Of a stretch of 64,000 nucleotides of DNA, positions 37,929 through 47,791 are shown one piece after another. The position numbers and the translations under genes were made by a program. The notes beneath the pieces were generated by a model. That model worked only from the letters and a program-made list of their open reading frames with translations. It did not search any database and had not been told where the DNA came from. The stretch comes from Faecousia sp. GTDB taxonomy: Bacteria; Bacillota; Clostridia; Oscillospirales; Oscillospiraceae. The stretch covers positions 4,137 to 68,136 of the forward strand of contig JAZRCV010000042.1 in NCBI GenBank assembly GCA_045659925.1, written 5' to 3'. How positions within the stretch are numbered: the stretch's first letter is position 1; each line of letters starts with the position of its first letter.

Positions 37929-38705
37929 ATGGATTTTCGACTTCTGACCATCGGTGATGTGGTTTCTTCTAACGGACTGCAGTTTGTGTGCCGCAATCTT
38001 CGCAAACTCAAGAGCCAGTACCATATCGATTTTTGTATTGTGAATGGAGAAAATGCCGCCAACATTGGCATCAATCCCGACCAGGCTGACCGACTGTTTG
38101 ATGCCGGTGCGGATATCATTACCCTTGGCAACCATGCCTTTGGGCAGCGCAATATTGTGCCCATGGTGGAGGATTGCCCCTACCTTCTGCGCCCGGAGAA
38201 TTTTTCTCCCGTGTCTCCCGGTCGTGGCTTTGGCATTTTCGATACCAAGGCAGGCCCTGCCGCCGTGCTGGTGCTGACCGGTCGTGTAGGTATGGACTAT
38301 ACCCCGGACAACCCTTTCCTTGCAGCTGAGCGGATTCTGAAAACCGTGGATTGTAAGCTAATCTTTGTGGAAATGCACGCGGAAGCCACTTCTGAGAAGC
38401 TCGCCATGGGCTATCATCTCGATGGCCGCATCAGCGCCCTGTGGGGTACCCACACCCATGTGCCCACTGCCGACCTGCAAATCCTGCCCAAGGGTACCGG
38501 CTATGTGACCGACCTTGGTATGAGCGGCCCGAAGCACAGTGTCCTCGGCATCAAACCGGAGCTTTCCATTGGAAAATTCCGTGGGGAATTGTACCGTCGC
38601 TACGAACCGGCACCCGGCCCCTGCAAGATCGAGGGTGCTGTATTCACTATCGACACGACAACCGGACTCTGCCGCGATGTAGAAAGGGTGTTCTTGTATG
38701 ATTAA
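37929..38705 (+). CDS. ymdB: YmdB-family metallophosphoesterase (2',3'-cyclic-nucleotide phosphodiesterase-like)
   Basis: LTIGDVVSSNGL...VNGENAANIGI...TLGNHAF...VEMHAEATSEK...GTHTHVPTAD are YmdB/TIGR00282-type metal-binding motifs. ATG at 37929 lies 8 nt after aaaggag. Confidence 0.8.
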   Translation: MDFRLLTIGDVVSSNGLQFVCRNLRKLKSQYHIDFCIVNGENAANIGINPDQADRLFDAGADIITLGNHAFGQRNIVPMVEDCPYLLRPENFSPVSPGRGFGIFDTKAGPAAVLVLTGRVGMDYTPDNPFLAAERILKTVDCKLIFVEMHAEATSEKLAMGYHLDGRISALWGTHTHVPTADLQILPKGTGYVTDLGMSGPKHSVLGIKPELSIGKFRGELYRRYEPAPGPCKIEGAVFTIDTTTGLCRDVERVFLYD

Positions 38706-39792
38706 CTTCCTTCATGCAGCAGACCTGCATCTGGATTCCCCTTTTTCCGGCCTGAGCCCCCAGCAGGCATCTGAATTGCGGCAGGCGCAGCGGCAGCTCC
38801 TGAGGATGATCTCCTCACTGTGTAAGGAGCATAACTGCCAGCTGCTCCTCCTCTCCGGCGACCTGTTCGACGGTCAGCGGGTTTACCGTGAGACGCTGGA
38901 AGCGCTCCGGGATACCCTGTCCGACTGCGGCGCTCAAGTGTTTATCGCCCCGGGTAATCATGACCATCTCAGCCCCACCTCCCCCTATCTGACGGAGGCG
39001 TGGCCTGAAAATGTGCATATTTTTATCTCTCCGGAACCGGAAGGCATCTTCCTTGAGCATCTTGGCTGCATGGTCTATGGCGCAGCTTTTACTGCACCTA
39101 CCAAGGAGCCGATCCTGCGAGGTTTTCATGTGCCGCAAGAGAATAAAAATTATGTAAATCTAATGGTGCTTCATGGGGATGCTACCCTGTCTTCTTCCCC
39201 CTATAATGCAATTTCAAAAGAAGAAATCGCCCAGAGCGGCCTTGACTATCTGGCTTTGGGGCACATCCATCAGACTATGCCCCTGTCTTCTGCCGGAAGC
39301 ACACACTTTGCATGGCCCGGATGCCCCATGGGTCGCGGCTTTGATGAAACAGGCCCAAAGGGCGTATATATCGGAAGGGTCGAAAAAGGCAAAGTCAGCT
39401 GTCAGTTCCATCCCCTTGCACTGCGGCAGTATGAAAACATTTCTGTGGAAGCAGGACGGGATCCTCTATCGAGCATTCTTTCCGCACTGCCGGAGCACAC
39501 CGAATCCCATATCTATCGCATCACCTTAACGGGAGAAAGCGAAGCGGTGCAGCTTTCCACTTTGTACAGTGCGCTAAATGACCGCTTTTACGCCCTGCAG
39601 CTTCGTGATCAAACCGTCCCTCCGCTGGAACTTTGGACTCGCTGCGGTGAAGACACACTGGAGGGCATGAGCCTTCATACCCTTCACATGGCACTGGATC
39701 GCTGCGAGACTTCAGCGCAGCGCCGCTGTGTGGAATTGGCTGCCCGACGCATTGTGGAAATATGCGAAGGAAGAGAGGTGCCCCCGCTGTGA
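38698..39792 (+). CDS. SbcD/Mre11-like DNA repair exonuclease (YhaO-like metallophosphoesterase)
   Basis: FLHAADLHLDSPF, LLLSGDLFD, APGNHD and LALGHIH are calcineurin-like nuclease motifs. Overlaps ymdB by 8 nt. Confidence 0.8.
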   Translation: MINFLHAADLHLDSPFSGLSPQQASELRQAQRQLLRMISSLCKEHNCQLLLLSGDLFDGQRVYRETLEALRDTLSDCGAQVFIAPGNHDHLSPTSPYLTEAWPENVHIFISPEPEGIFLEHLGCMVYGAAFTAPTKEPILRGFHVPQENKNYVNLMVLHGDATLSSSPYNAISKEEIAQSGLDYLALGHIHQTMPLSSAGSTHFAWPGCPMGRGFDETGPKGVYIGRVEKGKVSCQFHPLALRQYENISVEAGRDPLSSILSALPEHTESHIYRITLTGESEAVQLSTLYSALNDRFYALQLRDQTVPPLELWTRCGEDTLEGMSLHTLHMALDRCETSAQRRCVELAARRIVEICEGREVPPL

Positions 39793-41987
39793 GAATCGAA
39801 TCCATGACCGCCACCTTTGGCAAACTGCAGGCGGACACCCTGACCCTAAAACCCAGCCTCAATGTGCTGCAGATGCCAAATGAGACGGGCAAATCCACTT
39901 GGTGCGCATTTCTTCTGTGTATGCTCTATGGTGTTGACACCTCAGAGCGAGAGACCCGCACCAATTTCCCCATCAAAAAGCACTATCTGCCCTGGTCTGG
40001 CAAGGCCATGGAGGGGCAGCTTCAGATCGTCCACGAAGGACGCCGCATCACCATCGAGCGCAGCAGCACTGCCAGAGCACCCCTTGGGGTCTTCCGGGCG
40101 TATGACACAGATAGCGGTCTTGCCATCAAGGAACTGACCGCACAAAATTGCGGGCAAACTCTTTTGGGTATCCCCCGTCAGGTGTTTGAACGAAGTGCAT
40201 TCCTTCGTCAGGACGGCATGACCATTCAGATGGAAGCCACGCTGGAGCAGCGCCTTGGAGCCCTCGTCACCACCGGCGACGAAACCATCAGCTATCAGGA
40301 GGCAGAGCGGCTGCTGCGAGAGCGCCGCAACCGCTGCCGGCATAATAAAACAGGCCTCATCCCCCAGACAGAAGCAGCTCTCGAAGGTGTCAAAGAGCGG
40401 CTTTCCCGCCTTCGCCAGCTGCATGAGGAAATGACGCAAGCCCGTCTGGATGAACAGCGGCTGCGTGGTGAACTTGGCACCCTCCGTGCACAGCTTGCCA
40501 CCCTACAGGCACAGCAAGCCCAGGAGAGCCAGGATCAGCTTGCAAAGGCCAAGGCGGAAGCCTCAGATAAGATTGAAACCGCCAATCAACTGAAGTCCGA
40601 ATGCAGTAATCTTCCTCCCATGCAAGAGCTGCAAAACTGGGAAGCCAAGCTCAATGCCCTTGTGTCCCAGCAGCATACCCTGGCACTGGATGCAGCAAGC
40701 ATTCCCCAACCCACAAGTACCCCCGCATTCCCTCCTGCCCTTTCCGGGCTTTCCGGGGAAGATATGCTGCAAAAAGCCAATGTGGATGCCTCGCAGATGC
40801 GTTTGCTGCAGACGCAAAAAAAGCCCACCCTTCTTCCCTGGCTGATTCCTGCGCTGCTGCTATGCCTGCTTGGTGCCTGCATGCTTGGGCAGATGTTTGT
40901 GTACGCGGCCGTTGCCATCGGTCTCGGCTTGGCCCTTGGGATCATCGGCATCATCAACTACAATACAAAGCACCGTGCATGGCAAACGGCGCAGCATGAC
41001 CTCAATGTCCTTTATAACGGCTACGGCGTACACACTCCGGAAGAAGTGCAGGCCCTTGCTCATCGCTGCTGTGAGGATTATGGCCGTTGGCTCCATGCCT
41101 GCAAAAACCGGGAAGAAGAACTGCGAACCTTGAAAACTCGCAGAGTCCGGCTGGATGCCGACTGCGAAGAGCTGTTCCAGATCATCTGCCCTGTACTGAA
41201 GTGTGCAGCCTCTTTGTCAGAAGCCTCTGTTAAGGTGCGTCAGGCCATGGAGGTGCAGCTTCGTGCAGAATCTGCCCATAGAAGCGCAGAGCAGGCCTAT
41301 CGTCATTACCGCACCCTGAAGGAAGCCATTGGCACGGTGCATACCCCCACCGCAGCCCAGCAGACCCATGTTCCGGTAGGAAAGACCATCCACAGCATTC
41401 ATGCAGAGATCGTCACCGCAGAGCGGGAGCTGCAGAACCTGCGCTCCACACTGGATCGCGGCGAAGGTCAATCCAGCACTTTGGGCGATCCCATCGAACT
41501 GGAAGCCCGCCGTCAACAGCTCACCGAGCGACTTGCTGCACTCAACGAAGAGTATGATGCCCTCGACATGGCCCTGAAGGTGCTTGGCAAGTCCAACGAA
41601 GCTTTGCAGAACCGTTTCTCTCCCCAGCTTACCGCGCTAGCCACCAAATATCTGAGCCGCCTGACCGATGGCACTTATAGCCGCCTGATGCTGGATCAGA
41701 ATTTGGGCGCAAGCCTGTATCCCGCCCAGGTGCCCGCCAGTAAGGAAGCCTCATACTTCAGCGGCGGAACGAAGGATCAGCTTTATTTTGCGGTGCGTCT
41801 TGCTGTCAGCCAGCTGCTTGCCCCCGGAACCCCCCTGATTCTGGATGATGCACTGGTTCGGTTTGACGATGACCGCCTGCAAAAGGCCATGCAGGTGCTG
41901 CAGGAGGAGTCGAAGGATCGGCAGGTGCTTCTATTTACTTGCCAGAACCGCGAGAACGCTGCTCTACAGGCCATGCAACACAAATAA
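39789..41987 (+). CDS. SbcC/Rad50-like ABC ATPase (YhaN-like) with a predicted TM hairpin in mid coiled coil
   Basis: Walker A QMPNETGKST. Long heptad-rich Q/E/L/R segments. Two hydrophobic helices (LLPWLIPALLLCLLGACMLG and FVYAAVAIGLGLALGIIGII). C-terminal signature SGGTKDQ and Walker B LILDDA. GTG at 39789 gives a GTGA overlap. ATG at 39804 is an alternative start. Confidence 0.75.
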   Translation: MRIESMTATFGKLQADTLTLKPSLNVLQMPNETGKSTWCAFLLCMLYGVDTSERETRTNFPIKKHYLPWSGKAMEGQLQIVHEGRRITIERSSTARAPLGVFRAYDTDSGLAIKELTAQNCGQTLLGIPRQVFERSAFLRQDGMTIQMEATLEQRLGALVTTGDETISYQEAERLLRERRNRCRHNKTGLIPQTEAALEGVKERLSRLRQLHEEMTQARLDEQRLRGELGTLRAQLATLQAQQAQESQDQLAKAKAEASDKIETANQLKSECSNLPPMQELQNWEAKLNALVSQQHTLALDAASIPQPTSTPAFPPALSGLSGEDMLQKANVDASQMRLLQTQKKPTLLPWLIPALLLCLLGACMLGQMFVYAAVAIGLGLALGIIGIINYNTKHRAWQTAQHDLNVLYNGYGVHTPEEVQALAHRCCEDYGRWLHACKNREEELRTLKTRRVRLDADCEELFQIICPVLKCAASLSEASVKVRQAMEVQLRAESAHRSAEQAYRHYRTLKEAIGTVHTPTAAQQTHVPVGKTIHSIHAEIVTAERELQNLRSTLDRGEGQSSTLGDPIELEARRQQLTERLAALNEEYDALDMALKVLGKSNEALQNRFSPQLTALATKYLSRLTDGTYSRLMLDQNLGASLYPAQVPASKEASYFSGGTKDQLYFAVRLAVSQLLAPGTPLILDDALVRFDDDRLQKAMQVLQEESKDRQVLLFTCQNRENAALQAMQHK

Positions 41988-41992
41988 TTGCA

Positions 41993-42029
41993 AAAACGCG
42001 AACGATGAAGCTTTCACCGTTCGCGTTTT
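41993..42029. terminator. Bidirectional terminator
   Basis: Stem aaaacgcgaacg / cgttcgcgtttt, with A/T tracts built into both arms. Lies between convergent genes. Confidence 0.75.
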
Positions 42030-42034
42030 CCTTT

Positions 42035-42274
42035 TTATACTTCCCGATACATGGCGGCTGCATCGTCCTTGCGGACATTGTCCCCCACCTGCAGCACCTC
42101 TACCCGCACAGTGCGGGCACCGAACTGCAGTTCGATCACATCCCCCACCTTCACATCGTAGGATGCCTTGGCCTGTCTGCCATTGACATTGACTCTGGCA
42201 TTATCACAGGCTTCATTGGCAACGGTGCGGCGTTTAATCAACCGGGATACCTTCAAATACTTATCCAAACGCAT
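42035..42274 (-). CDS. S4-domain RNA-binding protein (YabO/RqcP-like)
   Basis: 79 aa. MRLDKYLKVSRLIKRRTVANEA...VNGRQAKASYDVKVGD is a classic S4 domain. Synteny resembles the Bacillus yabM-yabN-yabO region. Confidence 0.8.
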   Translation of the reverse strand: MRLDKYLKVSRLIKRRTVANEACDNARVNVNGRQAKASYDVKVGDVIELQFGARTVRVEVLQVGDNVRKDDAAAMYREV

Positions 42275-42276
42275 GT

Positions 42277-42552
42277 TTATTCCTCCACGATACCCTTCAG
42301 GCTGCTGCCTGCCCGGAAGCAGACACTTTTCATTGCAGGAATCTCCACAGGCTCCAGACTTTTGGGATTATGCCCCTGTCTGGCAGGACGGGACTTGGGT
42401 TCAAACACGCCAAAGCCGGTAAGCTGCACCTTTTCCCCGTCGTTCAGAGCATCGGTCATGGTTTCCAGCAGGGTGTTGATGATTTTTCCGGCCTGTGCCT
42501 TGGAGATGCCGTTCTTTCTTGCAACTTCCTGAATGAGGTCGGTTTTGTTCAT
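42277..42552 (-). CDS. hup: DNA-binding protein HU
   Basis: 91 aa. MNKTDLIQEVARKNGISKAQAGKIINTLLETMTDAL...GFGVFEPKSRPARQGHNP. I chose the internal ATG at 42552. Confidence 0.9.
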   Translation of the reverse strand: MNKTDLIQEVARKNGISKAQAGKIINTLLETMTDALNDGEKVQLTGFGVFEPKSRPARQGHNPKSLEPVEIPAMKSVCFRAGSSLKGIVEE

Positions 42553-42568
42553 GTTCTTTCCTCTATTC

Positions 42569-43345
42569 TTATTCAGATTCTCTCCAACATTTTTCCAGCA
42601 TTTCCGCAGGGATCTCCTGCATTCCCGCTGCAGCGGACGCCTGCTCAATGGCCTCGAAACGGCGGATAAACCGTTCAGACGCTTCATTCAGAGCATCCTC
42701 AGGATCAAGCTTTGCCTGTCTTGCCACGCCGGCTGCGGCAAAGAGCAGATCGCCGTAGGCTTCTGCGGCATCCTCTTCTGCCTCCAATGCTTTACGAAGG
42801 CGGGCGGTTTCCTCTTCCAACGCTGCAAGGGCTGCCATGGCATTTTCCCGGCGAAGGCCGGCCTTTTCTGCCTTGCCCAGAAGCTTTTCCGCCCGCCAGA
42901 GGGAGGGCAGGGTTCTTGACACACTGTCCATAGCCTGAGTATGGGTGCGATGTCCATTGAGATTGCGCTTCACATTGTCCCAGCGATCCAGTGCATCCTC
43001 CGCATCGGAGGCTGTTTCATTGGCAAACAGGAAGGGATGGCGGGCAACCAGCTTCTTGCACACCTCGTCGCATACGGTGTCGATGTCGAACCGACCTGCC
43101 TCCCGCTCCATATCCGCATGGAACATCACCTGATACAGCACATCGCCCAATTCCTCGCACATATGCACCGGGTCGTCCTGATCGATGGCTTCGCAGACTT
43201 CGTAAACTTCCTCAATGAAGTTGCGGCGTACACTTTCGTGGGTCTGCACACTGTCCCAGGGGCAGCCGCCGGGAGAGCGGAGAAAGCGGGTCAATGCTGC
43301 AAGATCTTCCATTGTATAGTGTTCTTTGATGATAAACTGTTTCAT
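42569..43345 (-). CDS. mazG: MazG-family nucleoside triphosphate pyrophosphohydrolase
   Basis: 258 aa with tandem MazG repeats. EEVYEVCEAID...EELGDVLYQVMFHA. Confidence 0.85.
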   Translation of the reverse strand: MKQFIIKEHYTMEDLAALTRFLRSPGGCPWDSVQTHESVRRNFIEEVYEVCEAIDQDDPVHMCEELGDVLYQVMFHADMEREAGRFDIDTVCDEVCKKLVARHPFLFANETASDAEDALDRWDNVKRNLNGHRTHTQAMDSVSRTLPSLWRAEKLLGKAEKAGLRRENAMAALAALEEETARLRKALEAEEDAAEAYGDLLFAAAGVARQAKLDPEDALNEASERFIRRFEAIEQASAAAGMQEIPAEMLEKCWRESE

Positions 43346-43349
43346 TGTA

Positions 43350-44951
43350 TTATTCCTTTATTCTAAGAATCTTTGCAATTTTATCGCCCTTGGGGAGCAG
43401 CTTGCAGTCGTCGGAGGTAATCACCTTCAGAACTGCCACAAGTACCAGATAAGCAACACCTGCCACACAGATGGCACCAAGGCAGCTCAGGGTCTGGGAA
43501 GGAATCACCCGCTGCAGCAGCGCATAGCCGCCGTAAGCCGCCACGCCCATAACAAGAGAGGCAAGCAGAGGCTTGAGCATGGTACGCACAAAGGAGGGAG
43601 GCGTGGTGCTGCGGCGCATGGCAACGACATTCAATGTGGTGATGCACACATAGCAGCACAGGGTGCCGATGGGAGCGCCGATGATATGGATGTTGGGGCT
43701 GCCCACCAGGATGTAGTTCACAATGACCTTCACGATGCCGCCGATGACCATGTTGATCACAGGGGTCTTCACATCACCATGGGCCTGCATGATGGCATTG
43801 GTGACCAGCACCAGAGAATTGAATACCACTGCAATGCCCAAAATTGCCAGAATCGCAGAGCCGGTGACAAGTGCTTCACCGCTGTAATCCCGCAGGAGCT
43901 GCAGAATGGGGCCTGCCAGCACGGCCAGTCCAACCGCACAGGGCATGGCAAGCAGCGCCATGATACGCACCGCGGATTCCTCCACCATCTTGGCACTCTT
44001 CTTGTCCTTCAGGGTCAGATGGGCCGTAACAGCGGGAATGGCGGAGATGGTGATGGGGGTAATAAATGCACAGGGCAGATTGAAAATGGTCTGGCAGAAG
44101 TTATAGATGCCCTTGAGCACATCTGCCTCAGACTGCAGGAAGCCTGCCGCACCAATGAGCCGTCCCATGACGATCTTGGCGTCGATCAGATTGATGATCT
44201 GCAGGCCCGCGGAGCCAAGGGTGATGGGCACTGCAATGGCAAGAAGCTGCTTGGCAGTATCAGAGGTGGATTTTACCGGGCCGCCAAGATCTTCCAGATG
44301 GCGATCTGCCTGACGATGCTTGAAACCCAGATAGACGGCAGAAATTACCGTGCCAATGGTAACGCCGATGATAGCACCGCCCGCTGCCATGGGGACACTG
44401 TCGAACTGCTCCATAATGATCCATGCGGCACCGAAGCCGATCACCAGCTTACTCAGCGCTTCAAATACCTGGCTGACAGAGGTGGGCACCATGTTGCCCT
44501 GTCCCTGGAAATAGCCGCGATAGGCGGAAATGATGCAGATGAACAGCAAAGACGGAGCCAGCGCCAGAATGGCATACCAGGAATCCGGCGAATTCATAAA
44601 CCGAGCAAGCTGGCGGCAGAAAATCAACATGCCACCTGCGCCCACAAAGCCAATGGTCAGGAAGACAATCAGGGCTGTATGGTAGATCTTGCGGATCTGC
44701 CGACCCTGCTCGAGGGCCTGGGCTTCAGAGATCATGCGGCTCATGGCCACGGGAAGACCGGTGGTAGCAATCATGAGAAGCACGGAGTAAATGTCGTAGG
44801 CTGTGGTAAAATAGCCGAAGCCTGCATCGCCGATCAGATTGCCAAGTGGAATTTTATAGCAGGCACCAATGAGCTTGACAATGGCTGTGGACAGGGCAAG
44901 CACCGCCGCACCGCCTAAGAAGGTTTGCTTTTTCAAGGGTTTTTCGTTCAA
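43350..44951 (-). CDS. MOP-superfamily flippase (YabM/SpoVB/MurJ-like polysaccharide or lipid II flippase)
   Basis: 533 aa with about 14 TM segments. N-terminus FLGGAAVLALSTAIVKLIGACYKIPLGNLIGDAGFGYF. Position upstream of mazG matches Bacillus yabM. Confidence 0.75.
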   Translation of the reverse strand: MNEKPLKKQTFLGGAAVLALSTAIVKLIGACYKIPLGNLIGDAGFGYFTTAYDIYSVLLMIATTGLPVAMSRMISEAQALEQGRQIRKIYHTALIVFLTIGFVGAGGMLIFCRQLARFMNSPDSWYAILALAPSLLFICIISAYRGYFQGQGNMVPTSVSQVFEALSKLVIGFGAAWIIMEQFDSVPMAAGGAIIGVTIGTVISAVYLGFKHRQADRHLEDLGGPVKSTSDTAKQLLAIAVPITLGSAGLQIINLIDAKIVMGRLIGAAGFLQSEADVLKGIYNFCQTIFNLPCAFITPITISAIPAVTAHLTLKDKKSAKMVEESAVRIMALLAMPCAVGLAVLAGPILQLLRDYSGEALVTGSAILAILGIAVVFNSLVLVTNAIMQAHGDVKTPVINMVIGGIVKVIVNYILVGSPNIHIIGAPIGTLCCYVCITTLNVVAMRRSTTPPSFVRTMLKPLLASLVMGVAAYGGYALLQRVIPSQTLSCLGAICVAGVAYLVLVAVLKVITSDDCKLLPKGDKIAKILRIKE

Positions 44952-44990
44952 AACAGGTTCATTCCTTTCAGAATATTGCAGATGTTTTTC

Positions 44991-46301
44991 TCATTCCTCG
45001 TCAGAAAATACATGAGGGATGGCGTATTCCGTCAGCTCCCGTACCACGGCGTTGAGATCAATGGTGGTAAACTGACCGTTCATGTACAGGATCTTGCCTC
45101 GTACCATGGTCATCACCACATCGCTGCCGTGGGCGCTGTAGACAAGGTTCGACAGCACATCATGACAGGGAATCAGATGAGGCTGGGTGAAGTCCAGAAG
45201 AATCAGGTCGGCGTCCATACCCACACGGATCTGGCCGCACTCCCCTTCTCTGCCCTGTGCCCTAGCGCCGCATACCGTTGCCATGGTGAGCACAGCAGCG
45301 GGAGGCAGCACGCCCGGCTTCTGATAAAGGCCGTTGGCGCTCAGGGAAGCGGCCTTCATCTCCTCAAACATATCAAGGTTATTATTGGAAGAATCGCCGT
45401 CGGTACCCAGAGCCACATTCATGCCCGCCTTCACCATGGCCATCACATCGGCGCAGCCGCTGCCCAGCTTGAGGTTGGAGATGGGATTGTGAACCGCGGT
45501 CACATGGTGGGCCGCCAGAAGCCGGCGATCTTCTTCATCCAGCCAGACGCAATGGGCGGCAATGGTACGGGCATCAAAGACATGGTGGCAGTTCAGTACC
45601 TGTGCAGGAGTCAGACCGTTGCGCTCCAGACTTTCTTCATGCTCTGCCTTGGTCTCGGACAGATGGATGTGCATACCAAGGCCATTGCTGATGGCATACT
45701 CACTCAGGGCATCCCAAAGGCGATAATCGGAGGTGTACTCGCCATGAATGGAGACCTCAGCCTTGATGCGGCCATCGTCATGACCGTGCCACTTCTGATG
45801 CAGCTCCATCATTTCCACGCAGGCGGGATACTCCTCTACATCGAATTCATCGGCAAACAGCAAAGTACCACGGGAGAGATTGGCCTTGATGCCGCTTTCG
45901 CTGACTGCCTGGGCGATCTCATCGCAGAAATTATACATATCCGACACAGAGGTGGTGCCGAAGCGCAGGCACTCCGCAATGGCGAGGAGTGTCGCTGCCT
46001 TGACCGCGCGGCCATCCAGCTTGGCTTCCCGGGGGAAGATATACTCATTGAGCCAGGTCTGCAGGTCATGACCGTCGGCATAGCCGCGGAGAATGGTCAT
46101 GGGCAGATGGGTGTGGCAGTTGATCAGGCCGGGCATCAGCACCATGCCGGTGCCATCAATGATTTTTTCCGGCTTTTCCTCCGGGGCACACTTGCCCACA
46201 TGACTGATCTTTCCATCCGTTACGCCCACAAAGGCATTGGGATAGACATGAAGCTCCGCGTCCATGGTGACGCAGGTGACATTAGAAAACAAAATATCCA
46301 T
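44991..46301 (-). CDS. mtaD: 5-methylthioadenosine/S-adenosylhomocysteine deaminase-like amidohydrolase
   Basis: 436 aa. LMPGLINCHTHLPMT and HLSETKAEHE are metal-dependent deaminase motifs. Confidence 0.75.
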   Translation of the reverse strand: MDILFSNVTCVTMDAELHVYPNAFVGVTDGKISHVGKCAPEEKPEKIIDGTGMVLMPGLINCHTHLPMTILRGYADGHDLQTWLNEYIFPREAKLDGRAVKAATLLAIAECLRFGTTSVSDMYNFCDEIAQAVSESGIKANLSRGTLLFADEFDVEEYPACVEMMELHQKWHGHDDGRIKAEVSIHGEYTSDYRLWDALSEYAISNGLGMHIHLSETKAEHEESLERNGLTPAQVLNCHHVFDARTIAAHCVWLDEEDRRLLAAHHVTAVHNPISNLKLGSGCADVMAMVKAGMNVALGTDGDSSNNNLDMFEEMKAASLSANGLYQKPGVLPPAAVLTMATVCGARAQGREGECGQIRVGMDADLILLDFTQPHLIPCHDVLSNLVYSAHGSDVVMTMVRGKILYMNGQFTTIDLNAVVRELTEYAIPHVFSDEE

Positions 46302-46315
46302 GTTAAACTCCTTTG

Positions 46316-47791
46316 TTATTCGCCGCTGAATTCAGGAAATGACTTGAGCTGCGTGAACACAGCATCCTTCTGGCAAAGGGTATCGTCGATGCGGCTGAGG
46401 TACTGCTGGGGTGCCTTGGGGTTATGCTGCCGCTCCAGATGGCCGTCGGGCAGCATGATCTTGGTCATACCGCCGCCACCAAGGGAAATGATGGTGTGGA
46501 TCTCCTCCATCATATAAATATTGTAGAGGCAGTCAAAACCGGGTTTCGTCCAGCCCACATTTTCAAAGCTGCCGGACATATATTTCTGGCGATAAAGGTA
46601 GTAAGGTACATAGCCCGCTTCCCGCAGGGCATCTTCCGCATCCTGGAGCATTTTTGCCACATCTCCGGCAGTAGGAAGATCGCACCGCTCCTGAAACAGC
46701 GTTGCACCCTTCTTGAGGGCCAGTGTATGCACTGTAATATTCTCAGGTTCCAGAGAAATGATCTTTCTCAGGGTGTCGGCAAAGGTCTGGGTAGTGTCTG
46801 CTGGCAGACCTGCAATGAGATCCATGTTGACGGCATGGAAACCAACCTTCTTTGCTTGTTCATAAGCCCGCAGGGTATCCGCAGCACTGTGGCGGCGGCC
46901 AATGGCCATAAGGGCTTCATCGTTCATGGTCTGGGGATTGATACTGATGCGGTCGCAGCCGTTCTCCCGAAGCACCCGGAGTTTTTCCTCATCCAGAGTG
47001 TCGGGTCTGCCACCCTCTACGGTATATTCCAAAAGCTGGGAAAGATCAAAGCTCTCCCGGATGGTCTTCATCAGCCGGTCAAGCTGGGATGCGCTAAAGG
47101 TGGTGGGGGTACCGCCGCCAATATAAAGGGTGCGGACGGTGCAGCCGGTTTCCTGCATGCGCATGCCCACATGGCGAACCTCCCGCAGAAGGCACTCAAG
47201 GTATTCTTCCAAAAGTCCCCCACAGCGCTCAATAGACTGGCTGACGAAGCTGCAATAGCTGCAGCGGGTGGGACAGAAGGGGATGCCCACATACACAGAG
47301 ACATCCCGGGGCCGAAGCTGGTCCATAGAGCGCACGGTGGCATCCGATGCATCCACACACAGTGCCCGGCGCTGGGGCGTGACAAAATAGGTATCCCGCA
47401 GCATGCGGTCGGCAGAGGCCTTTGTGCCCCCCGCTAAAAGATGGCGGGTGGTCAGCTTGGTGGGACGCACCCCAGACAGGGCACCCCAGGGCGGAACCTC
47501 AGGCAAAAGCTGCCGCGCCGCCAGATAATAGCTCCTTGCCAATGCCTGACGCCGCAGCGGAACCGATTCCCGCTGCGCCAATAGGCGGCAAGCCGCCCTT
47601 GCGCTCTTGCCCCGCCAGGTAATATGGGCGGTGGCAGTGAGCCATGTTTTGCCCCGATGCAGGGCAGAAACCGCCCCATCACCGGAAAAAGATGCAGTTT
47701 CAACCTGCTCCATTTCCTCCTCGGAAAACAGGGCAAGCTGCAGCTGCTCTATAGAATAGCGGTCGTCATGACCGCTGAGAAATAGCTTCAT
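46316..47791 (-). CDS. hemZ: Radical-SAM coproporphyrinogen-dehydrogenase-like protein (HemZ/HemN family)
   Basis: 491 aa with a CxxxCxxC cluster motif (IPFCPTRCSYCSF) and the HemZ-like N-terminus MKLFLSGHDDRYSIEQL. Confidence 0.7.
   Translation of the reverse strand: MKLFLSGHDDRYSIEQLQLALFSEEEMEQVETASFSGDGAVSALHRGKTWLTATAHITWRGKSARAACRLLAQRESVPLRRQALARSYYLAARQLLPEVPPWGALSGVRPTKLTTRHLLAGGTKASADRMLRDTYFVTPQRRALCVDASDATVRSMDQLRPRDVSVYVGIPFCPTRCSYCSFVSQSIERCGGLLEEYLECLLREVRHVGMRMQETGCTVRTLYIGGGTPTTFSASQLDRLMKTIRESFDLSQLLEYTVEGGRPDTLDEEKLRVLRENGCDRISINPQTMNDEALMAIGRRHSAADTLRAYEQAKKVGFHAVNMDLIAGLPADTTQTFADTLRKIISLEPENITVHTLALKKGATLFQERCDLPTAGDVAKMLQDAEDALREAGYVPYYLYRQKYMSGSFENVGWTKPGFDCLYNIYMMEEIHTIISLGGGGMTKIMLPDGHLERQHNPKAPQQYLSRIDDTLCQKDAVFTQLKSFPEFSGE

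Noticed and set aside
38698-41987. SbcD/SbcC-like pair considered as a phage-defence system (Lamassu-, Gabija- or Wadjet-like)
   Set aside because: There is no associated effector, helicase or kleisin-like gene. The pair sits in a housekeeping neighbourhood (ftsH, ymdB) and resembles the conserved Bacillus yhaO/yhaN arrangement. A defence role cannot be excluded but is not supported.
43326-46517. Two 530-aa plus-strand ORFs opposite the flippase and mtaD genes
   Set aside because: Both are His/Gly/Ala/Asp-rich and low-complexity. The minus-strand frames give a 14-TM flippase and an amidohydrolase with metal-binding motifs.
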